From assembly GCA_903889905.1 (NCBI GenBank), contig CAISZI010000005.1:9376-73375 (forward strand): 64,000 bases of DNA, written 5' to 3'. Made by a program: the position numbers and the translations under genes. Numbering within the stretch: the first letter of the stretch is position 1; each line of letters begins with the position of its first letter. Source of the stretch: Candidatus Wirthbacteria bacterium (GTDB lineage: Bacteria; Patescibacteriota; CG2-30-54-11). Below, piece after piece: positions 57,148-64,000 of the stretch. The notes beneath the pieces were generated by a model. It saw nothing but the letters and a program-made list of their open reading frames with translations, made no database searches and had not been told where the DNA came from.

Positions 57148-59076
57148 TTATTCTACCGTTACACTTTTGGCCAGGTTGCGCGGTTTGTCGATGTCGATAC
57201 TTTTGGGGACACTGGTAATGTGGCCAGGCATGGGGTAGACTTTCTGGATGCCTTCAGGCTGGTCAATGCTGAAGCCTTTGTAAAGTGTCACGTAATAAGC
57301 AAAGAGTTGCATTACGAGCGTGCTGACCATAACGCTGATTTCTTCGGACGACGCTGGCTGATAAATGACATGGTCGGCGTGTTTGGCGATTTGGGTGTCC
57401 CCCGCCTGGGCAATGGCCAGAATGTGTGCTTCCCGGGCGCGCATTTCCTGGATATTGCTGAGCATTTTTTTGTAAACACGTCCCTGGGGCACGAGACAGA
57501 CAATCGGGAACCCCGCGTGAATGACGGCATTGGGGCCGTGTTTGAGTTCGCCCGCGGGATAAGCCTCGGCATGGATGTAAGAAAGCTCCTTGAGCTTTTG
57601 CGTTCCTTCCAGGGCGCAGGGATAGTTGACGTCGCGGCCAATGTAGTAAGCACTTTGTTTGTGAATATAAAATGTGGAAAGTTGCGCAATCTGGTCTTCC
57701 AGCTGCAGCGTTTTTTCTAGCGTTTCCGGTAAGGCGGAGAGCTCATCGAGGAAGCCTTGCATCGCAAGCCCTGGATTATTGGTCTGGGCAAAGTAAAGCG
57801 CCATCAGTGCAAGCGTGGTAATCATTGAACTAAATGCCTTGGTCGATGCGACAGAGATCTCGGGGCCTGCCTGAAGATGACAGATGCGATCGACTTCACG
57901 CGTCATGGAACTGCCATGGGCGTTGACGATCCCCACCAAACGAGCAGGATGACTTTCTTTGGCTTTGTGTATGCTGGCGAGGGTGTCGGCAGTCTCGCCA
58001 GATTGACTGACCGCAATCACCAGTGTTTCACCATCGATGACGGGTTCATGATAGCGAAATTCGGAACCGTAAAACATTTCGGCGGTCACTCTACCCCACC
58101 GTTCGAACAGGTATTTGCCGTAGAGGCAGGCGTAAGCGGCTGAGCCACACCCGAGCAGCGTGACTTTGCGGATTTTACGCAAATCCAGTCCATCCAAACC
58201 AAGTGTTGCACCCTCCACGTGATGGTCAATAATCCGACCGGAAAGAACTTGCCGGAGCACATTGGGCGTTTCGTGGATTTCCTTGATCAGGAAATGCGGG
58301 TAACCACCCTTTTCGGCCTGCTCAGCATTCCAGGTAATGGTTCTGGTTTGGAAAGAGATGGCATGCCCTTCGAGATCGGTTACTTTGACGCTGTTGGACT
58401 TGATCGTGGCGACTTCCCCACTCTGGAGATTGTAGACTTCTTTGGTATACGGCAAGATGGCCGGGACATCGGAGGCCACCAGGTTTTCTCCCTGGCCAAT
58501 GCCAATGATCAGTGGATTGTGCATACGGCCGGCGAGTATGGCTTCCGGATGGTCCTGCGAGAAACAAACAATGGAATAGCCGCCTTCGACCTGTCGCAGA
58601 GCCGCACGAAAAGCTTGCTCAAAATGAGCCAGCGTTGGCGCCAGGCCTAATGGCACAACTTTTTGATACTCATGTTCAATCAGGTGAGCCAGGACTTCAG
58701 TATCGGTTTCACTCTGGAATTTGTGGCCGAGCGTGGCCAATTCAGCTTTGACTTCATAATAATTTTCAAAAATACCGTTATGCACCAGTACGATCTTGCC
58801 ACTGCAGTCGGTATGGGGATGAGCATTGCTATCGGACACCCCACCATGCGTGGCCCAACGGGTATGGCCAATGCCAAGCGTGGATCGAATGTCCTTATCC
58901 TGCAAAGAAGTGATCAGATTAACAATTTTGCCTTTTTTCTTGAATATTTTAATCCGATCATCCGAGAGCAAGGCGACACCAGCAGAATCATAACCCCGAT
59001 ATTCGAGCTTGCTGAGTCCTGACAGTAAGATTGGCAGTACCTGTCGTGGGCCTACATAACCAACAATTCCACACAT
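57148..59076 (-). CDS. glmS: glutamine--fructose-6-phosphate aminotransferase
   Basis: N-terminal MCGIVGYVG (Ntn Cys), two SIS domains, and C-terminal ...KSVTVE. Confidence 0.96.
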   Translation of the reverse strand: MCGIVGYVGPRQVLPILLSGLSKLEYRGYDSAGVALLSDDRIKIFKKKGKIVNLITSLQDKDIRSTLGIGHTRWATHGGVSDSNAHPHTDCSGKIVLVHNGIFENYYEVKAELATLGHKFQSETDTEVLAHLIEHEYQKVVPLGLAPTLAHFEQAFRAALRQVEGGYSIVCFSQDHPEAILAGRMHNPLIIGIGQGENLVASDVPAILPYTKEVYNLQSGEVATIKSNSVKVTDLEGHAISFQTRTITWNAEQAEKGGYPHFLIKEIHETPNVLRQVLSGRIIDHHVEGATLGLDGLDLRKIRKVTLLGCGSAAYACLYGKYLFERWGRVTAEMFYGSEFRYHEPVIDGETLVIAVSQSGETADTLASIHKAKESHPARLVGIVNAHGSSMTREVDRICHLQAGPEISVASTKAFSSMITTLALMALYFAQTNNPGLAMQGFLDELSALPETLEKTLQLEDQIAQLSTFYIHKQSAYYIGRDVNYPCALEGTQKLKELSYIHAEAYPAGELKHGPNAVIHAGFPIVCLVPQGRVYKKMLSNIQEMRAREAHILAIAQAGDTQIAKHADHVIYQPASSEEISVMVSTLVMQLFAYYVTLYKGFSIDQPEGIQKVYPMPGHITSVPKSIDIDKPRNLAKSVTVE

Positions 59077-59179
59077 ATTTCATCCTCATTAATGACGAAA
59101 TGAATGGTATTTGATTTGCATCTAGCGCTGGAGATGAACTGCTTTGGGCAATACTTGCGTATTGATTTGGCAGGCATTT

Positions 59180-59350
59180 GACGATGCCAGCAGCACCGGA
59201 AGGTTTCCGCAGATACTCTAAGCACATAATTTGTTAAGTACTTAGGTCCGATCGTCCCCACCGCTTGGTCGGGACCCTTCTCCTCGTCTTCCTCAGGTCA
59301 TGAGCAAGAGGACCACACGCTTGGTTAATGGTTGCTCGGGTGGAATCCTC
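59180..59350 (-). ncRNA. candidate glmS ribozyme in glmS 5' leader
   Basis: The minus-strand RNA contains AAGCGUGUGGUCC...GACC (P1-like), the conserved GAAGACGAGGAG core, and GGUCC-N22-GGACC and UAAGUAC/GUGCUUA helices. It sits in a 290-nt leader between minE and glmS. Confidence 0.5.
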
Positions 59351-59369
59351 CGGAAATGGATAAAAAAAA

Positions 59370-59864
59370 TCAGACGGTTGGGGTGGAAACAGCTGGCGCG
59401 GTACTTGCCGGGGGTGTTGTTTTGGCTTTGCGCTTGGTGGTCGTCGTCGCTTTACGTGCTTTTTTGCCTTTACGGGTTTTACGTTTTTTGGGAGTTTTGA
59501 CAGGGGTTGGATCCGTCAAAGTTTTACCAATAAGTCCTTCTTCGCCTTCTTCGAAATGTGCTTTGGGGGGTACTTCTTTGCGTTTGCCAACCACTTCGGC
59601 GCGTCCACCTTGGATTGGGATGTTGGCAATCAATGAAGTTTGGGCGCCATCACGGGTAACCTTGAGTTCCAGCTCGTCCTTGTTGACTTCCAGGTACTCG
59701 GAAAGTGTTTTGATTAAGTCAGTTTTCATTTCTTCCATGGCGTCTGGTGTGATTTTGATCCGATCCTGCACCAATACCATTTTCAGCCGTTCACTAGCCT
59801 GGTCCGCGGCTTGCGTATCACTGTGTTTAAAAACTTTGACAATCAGTTCCCAGATACTGGCCAT
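59370..59864 (-). CDS. minE: cell division topological specificity factor MinE with ~75-aa Lys/Thr-rich C-terminal tail
   Basis: The N-terminal 90 aa match MinE (ERLKMVLVQDRIKITPDAMEEMKTDLIKTLSEYLEV). It follows minD. Confidence 0.85.
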   Translation of the reverse strand: MASIWELIVKVFKHSDTQAADQASERLKMVLVQDRIKITPDAMEEMKTDLIKTLSEYLEVNKDELELKVTRDGAQTSLIANIPIQGGRAEVVGKRKEVPPKAHFEEGEEGLIGKTLTDPTPVKTPKKRKTRKGKKARKATTTTKRKAKTTPPASTAPAVSTPTV

Positions 59865-59882
59865 ATCGTAATGCTCCTTCTA

Positions 59883-60701
59883 TCAAGCTTTTTTAGAAAA
59901 TGTGTTTCGGATCAACTGCAGCAGTCTTTTGAATCCCGTAGGTTCGGGATCAATCCGCATCAGTGGAACTTCTTCGCCCATAATGCGAAGTGCGATATTC
60001 TGGTAGGCCTGACCGGCGCGCGACGTTTTGTCCAGAATGGCTGGTTCGCCACGGTTGGAAGTTACGACAATATGTTCATCATCGGGAATAATTCCCAGCA
60101 AACTGATGGCAAGAATTTCCAGGACGTCATCCACACTCATCATATCTCCGCGCTTGACCATGTGGGGTTTGATACGGTTGATGATTAAGGTTGGATCTTC
60201 AATCTCTGAAGCCTCCAGCATACCAATGATCCGATCAGCATCGCGAACCGCTGATACTTCAGGAGTCGTAACAATAATTGCCTTGTCCGCACCGGCGATC
60301 GCATTTTTGAAGCCGCGTTCAATGCCAGCCGGTGAATCCACCAGCACAATGTCGTGAGATTTCTTGAGTTCTTCGCAAAGGTCTTTCATCTGTTCGGGAG
60401 TTACAGCAGTCTTGTCACGGGTCTGGGCGGCAGGAAGCAGATAAAGGCTTTCAAAGCGCTTGTCCTTGATCAATGCCTGACGCAGTTTACAAACCCCATC
60501 AATGACATCAACCAGATCGTAGACAATACGATTTTCCAGTCCCATCACCACGTCCAGATTGCGTAATCCAATATCGGCGTCAATGACCACGGTTTTGTTA
60601 CCCAGCAGCGCCAAAGCAGCACCGAGGTTGGCTGTCGTCGTGGTTTTGCCTACGCCACCTTTGCCGGAGGTGATAACAATGACTTTTCCTGTTTTTTTCA
60701 T
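59883..60701 (-). CDS. minD: septum site-determining ATPase MinD
   Basis: Deviant Walker A SGKGGVGKTTT, 272 aa. Confidence 0.95.
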   Translation of the reverse strand: MKKTGKVIVITSGKGGVGKTTTTANLGAALALLGNKTVVIDADIGLRNLDVVMGLENRIVYDLVDVIDGVCKLRQALIKDKRFESLYLLPAAQTRDKTAVTPEQMKDLCEELKKSHDIVLVDSPAGIERGFKNAIAGADKAIIVTTPEVSAVRDADRIIGMLEASEIEDPTLIINRIKPHMVKRGDMMSVDDVLEILAISLLGIIPDDEHIVVTSNRGEPAILDKTSRAGQAYQNIALRIMGEEVPLMRIDPEPTGFKRLLQLIRNTFSKKA

Positions 60702-60721
60702 ATCGGACGTCCTTTTCTAAT

Positions 60722-61153
60722 CTAGCGTTTTTTGCGTTTGGGTAAGTATTGCTGTTTGTGAATGTTGTCATGAAACTTGGCATGATACAGCGGGAAATAC
60801 TTGACCCATTCAATGACAAAGTAGATGGCCATGCCAATCGTGCAACTAAGCGTCAGGAGCATCAGAAAACGCATGGCAAAAAAAGCAATTTGCTCCATAT
60901 CGGATAGCACAAAAAAGGCTCCCAACAGGCCAAGTGTGAGAAAGACGCGAGCGATTTTTTGCCATTCGCGTTTGCGGGTTAGCGTTTTTTTATCGCGTAG
61001 TTTGAATTTTGTCAACAGTAGAATGGCGATCGATATAATTGACAGAAAAGCATAGAAGAAGAGCAAAACCGTGTCATAACGAAACGATTGAACAGGCTGC
61101 ATATCAAAAAGAAGCGGCAGGTTAAACAAGGCTTGGAGCTCGAGGCGCAACAT
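60722..61153 (-). CDS. small polytopic membrane protein (3-4 TM), unknown function, immediately upstream of minD
   Basis: 143-aa hydrophobic ORF with a basic C-terminus, 20 nt upstream of minD on the same strand. Confidence 0.6.
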   Translation of the reverse strand: MLRLELQALFNLPLLFDMQPVQSFRYDTVLLFFYAFLSIISIAILLLTKFKLRDKKTLTRKREWQKIARVFLTLGLLGAFFVLSDMEQIAFFAMRFLMLLTLSCTIGMAIYFVIEWVKYFPLYHAKFHDNIHKQQYLPKRKKR

Positions 61154-61178
61154 GCAAAACTCCTAATACGTGGGTTGG

Positions 61179-61643
61179 TTAAACGTCCTTGACAACGGCT
61201 TCGTGGTGAGAAGAATGACCACAAAAAGGGCAGATTTTGAATTTTTTATCAATCACTTTGTTGCACTTGGCGCAGGTCTCTTTGACCTTGGTTTTGCAGT
61301 TGGGGCAGTAAACATAGTCGGTTTCCAGACCTTTGCGGCAGCTGGGGCAAAGCAGCAGTTCCCCCACTTCCTGGCGCATGATTTTTTCATCCAGAAGAAG
61401 CAAGCGGCGCTCGTCGAGTGTGTGACCTGGTCGGATAAAGCCATAGACAATCAAGCCAAGCAAAGGGAAAAGGATAACACAGGCAATGCTCAGGATCTGC
61501 AAAACGACATTTTTGGAGCGGTTGAAGATATCCTGGTACACCCAGAAAACAGAAGCGATCCAAAGGCTAAGAAAGGCCACTCCAAAGAAAATCAAGCTAA
61601 AAATCACCGGTTTGGATGTAAACAGTCCACCAAAATTGAGCAT
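61179..61643 (-). CDS. 2-TM membrane protein with C-terminal double zinc ribbon (4x CxxC)
   Basis: 154 aa with CPSC...CPNC...CAKC...CPFC after two TM helices. It heads the putative operon with minDE. Confidence 0.7.
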   Translation of the reverse strand: MLNFGGLFTSKPVIFSLIFFGVAFLSLWIASVFWVYQDIFNRSKNVVLQILSIACVILFPLLGLIVYGFIRPGHTLDERRLLLLDEKIMRQEVGELLLCPSCRKGLETDYVYCPNCKTKVKETCAKCNKVIDKKFKICPFCGHSSHHEAVVKDV

Positions 61644-61713
61644 AACAATCTCCTCAAGGGATTAAACACCGACAGTAATCTAACAAGAAGGATTTGAGTT
61701 GTAAACAGGAAGG

Positions 61714-64000
61714 TTAGAGTTCAGCGATGGCAGAGACCGTAGCGACTTCATCGCCTGCGTTGAGTCGCATCAGACGCACGCCCTGAGTGGCGCGGGCCAG
61801 CACATTGACCTGTTTGAACGGTAAGCGAATCACCTGGCCGGCATTGGAGATAATCACCAGGTCTTCAACACTGTCATCGGTCACGATCGAAGCCGCGATG
61901 ATGCCGGTTTTGGTCGTCAGATTGGCGGTTTTAACACCTTTGCCACCGCGGTTCTGGCAGGGATACTGGCTGACGACGGTGGATTTACCATAACCTTTGT
62001 TGGTGATGATGCAGACCTTCTGGTGCTGTTCATCGGGGTTAACAATGGACATGGAATTGACACGGTCGCCGGCAACGAGACGAATACCGTGGACACCGGT
62101 AGAACCGCGTCCCATCGCCCTGGCATCCGCTTCATCAAAACGAATCGAGAGGCCTTTGTCAGTGACCATGAGAATATGCTGTTTGCCATTGGTCAGTTTG
62201 ACTGAGGCGAGTTCGTCTTTGTCCCGCAAATTAATGGAAATGATCCCTGAATTACGGATATGTTCATATTCATTCAGAGGAGTTTTCTTGATGACGCCAC
62301 TGCGGGTGGCAAAAATCAGGTATTTATCCGGTTCTTTGAGGTTATCAATGCCCAGCACGCTTTGCACCAATTCACCCTGTTCCACCTGGAGCAAATTGAC
62401 AATAGCCTGACCTTTGGCGGTGCGACTGGCTTCAGGGACTTCGTAAGCTTTGAGACGAAAAACTTTGCCACGATTGGTAAAGAAGAGCAGATTGGCATGC
62501 GTTGAACACACCAGCAGATGTTCAACCACGTCTTCTTCTTTGGTGGGCATGCCAATGATGCCTTTGCCGCCACGGCCTTGGGAATGGTAGGTGTCGAGTG
62601 TCATGCGTTTGATATAGCCACCATGGGTAATGGCAATATAGACGTTTTCGTCCTCGATCAGGTCTTCTTCATTGAAATCGCCAACTGCCGACGGGACAAC
62701 GACGGTGCGACGTTCGTCGCCATAGAGTTCGGTCACATCGACAAGTTCTTTTTTGATAATGCTCATGATTTTGTGCGGGTTGGCCAGAATGTCGCGTAGT
62801 TTTAAAATCAAGGCGTTAATTGCGGTGTATTCGTCCTCGATTTTTTGGCGTTCCAAAGCAGCCAGACGACGTAACTGAATCTCAAGGATGGCGTTCGCCT
62901 GAAGTTCACTGAGATTGAATTTGTTCATCAGGTTCTGACGGGCTTCTTCGACCGGTCCGGAAGCGCGGATGGTGGCAATCACTTCATCGAGATTGTCGAG
63001 CGCGATCTTTAGTCCTTCGAGAATGTGGGCACGGGCGCCGGCTTCGTCGAGTTCGAACTGGGTGCGACGGGTAATGACATCTTTGCGGTGGTCAATAAAG
63101 TGCTGCAAAATCTGGCGCAGGTGCATTAATTTGGGTTGTTTGCCATCCACCAATGCCAGCATGTTGTAGTTGAAATTAAGTTGCAGCTGGGTGTGTTTAA
63201 AAAGTTGATTGAGAACAACCTTGGGAATGGCATCGCGTTTGAGTTCAATCACGACGCGCATACCATGGCGGTCACTTTCGTCACGCAGGTCGGAGATGCC
63301 TTTGATTTTTTTGTCTTTGACCAGATCGGCAATGCGGGTGACGAGGACGGCCTTGTTGACCTGATATGGAAGTTCCGTGACGATGATGGCGTTTTTGCTG
63401 GACGACACTTCCTCAATACTGGTTTTGGCACGCATGGTTACGCTACCGCGACCATTGATGTAAACATTGACGATGTCGTTTTGGTTAAAAATAAACCCAC
63501 CGGTTGGGAAATCCGGGCCTTTGATGAATTCCAGCAATTCTTCGATACGGGCGCCGGGGTTGTCAATCAAATAGGCGATCGCGTCAACCACTTCTCCCAA
63601 ATTGTGCGGTGGGATGTTGGTGGCCATACCCACGGCAATACCCGATGTGCCATTGACGAGAAGAGCGGGAATTTTAGAAGGTAAAACCGCGGGTTCCTTT
63701 TCAGAACCATCATAGTTGTCTACCCAGTTGACGGTGTTTTTCTTGATATCGGTAAGCAGTTCGCTGGTAATGGGGGCCATCCGGCATTCGGTATAACGCA
63801 TGGCAGCGGCGTTGTCCCCGTCGACGGAACCAAAGTTCCCCTGGCCATCAATGAGCGGATAGCGCATGGAAAAATCCTGGGCCATACGAACCAGGGTGTC
63901 ATAAATGGCCGCATCGCCATGCGGGTGGAATTTGCCCATGACTTCACCGACGACTTTGGCGCATTTCTGGTATTTGGCTTTGGCACTCAGACCCATTTCA
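61714..64000 (-). CDS. gyrA: DNA gyrase subunit A, C-terminal ~760 aa (N-terminus beyond window end)
   Basis: GyrA conservation ([26 protein letters not shown]) and a GyrA-box QNRGGKG in the C-terminal beta-pinwheel. The ORF runs off the window. Confidence 0.93.
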   Translation of the reverse strand, partial: EMGLSAKAKYQKCAKVVGEVMGKFHPHGDAAIYDTLVRMAQDFSMRYPLIDGQGNFGSVDGDNAAAMRYTECRMAPITSELLTDIKKNTVNWVDNYDGSEKEPAVLPSKIPALLVNGTSGIAVGMATNIPPHNLGEVVDAIAYLIDNPGARIEELLEFIKGPDFPTGGFIFNQNDIVNVYINGRGSVTMRAKTSIEEVSSSKNAIIVTELPYQVNKAVLVTRIADLVKDKKIKGISDLRDESDRHGMRVVIELKRDAIPKVVLNQLFKHTQLQLNFNYNMLALVDGKQPKLMHLRQILQHFIDHRKDVITRRTQFELDEAGARAHILEGLKIALDNLDEVIATIRASGPVEEARQNLMNKFNLSELQANAILEIQLRRLAALERQKIEDEYTAINALILKLRDILANPHKIMSIIKKELVDVTELYGDERRTVVVPSAVGDFNEEDLIEDENVYIAITHGGYIKRMTLDTYHSQGRGGKGIIGMPTKEEDVVEHLLVCSTHANLLFFTNRGKVFRLKAYEVPEASRTAKGQAIVNLLQVEQGELVQSVLGIDNLKEPDKYLIFATRSGVIKKTPLNEYEHIRNSGIISINLRDKDELASVKLTNGKQHILMVTDKGLSIRFDEADARAMGRGSTGVHGIRLVAGDRVNSMSIVNPDEQHQKVCIITNKGYGKSTVVSQYPCQNRGGKGVKTANLTTKTGIIAASIVTDDSVEDLVIISNAGQVIRLPFKQVNVLARATQGVRLMRLNAGDEVATVSAIAEL

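Overview
This 64 kb window is a bacterial chromosomal core region on both strands. GC content is moderate. There are no transposases, integrases or CRISPR arrays.

Left to right the window contains:
- two membrane protein genes on the minus strand (1..876);
- a CIRCE-controlled hrcA-grpE-dnaK operon that lacks dnaJ, with a beta-helix-repeat protein in its place;
- a minus-strand, translationally coupled F-type ATP synthase operon (atpH-A-G-D-C). Upstream partners (an NHL-repeat protein and a long coiled-coil membrane protein) are unusual. A zinc-ribbon membrane protein lies downstream;
- a secreted/membrane protein plus an orphan sensor histidine kinase;
- a T-box leader followed by glyQS, then der and gltX;
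- a complete AmmeMemoRadiSam triad (amrS-amrB-amrA) and a DUF2207-like membrane protein;
- rpoB and rpoC;
- a contiguous rpsL-rpsG-fusA / S10 / spc / alpha ribosomal supercluster of about 19 kb, including secY, adk, map, infA, rpmJ and rpoA; tuf is absent from its usual site;
- tRNA-Glu(CUC), metK, an M29 aminopeptidase, and glmS with a candidate glmS ribozyme;
- minD-minE with no minC, preceded by two small membrane proteins, one of them a zinc-ribbon protein;
- the C-terminal ~760 aa of gyrA, which runs off the window.

The regulatory RNA and DNA repertoire is Gram-positive-like (CIRCE/HrcA, a T-box, a glmS ribozyme). Several housekeeping proteins carry low-complexity extensions.

The most interesting candidate is the ATP synthase operon. 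The F1 genes are translationally coupled to an NHL beta-propeller protein that ends in a degenerate c-subunit-like helical hairpin.
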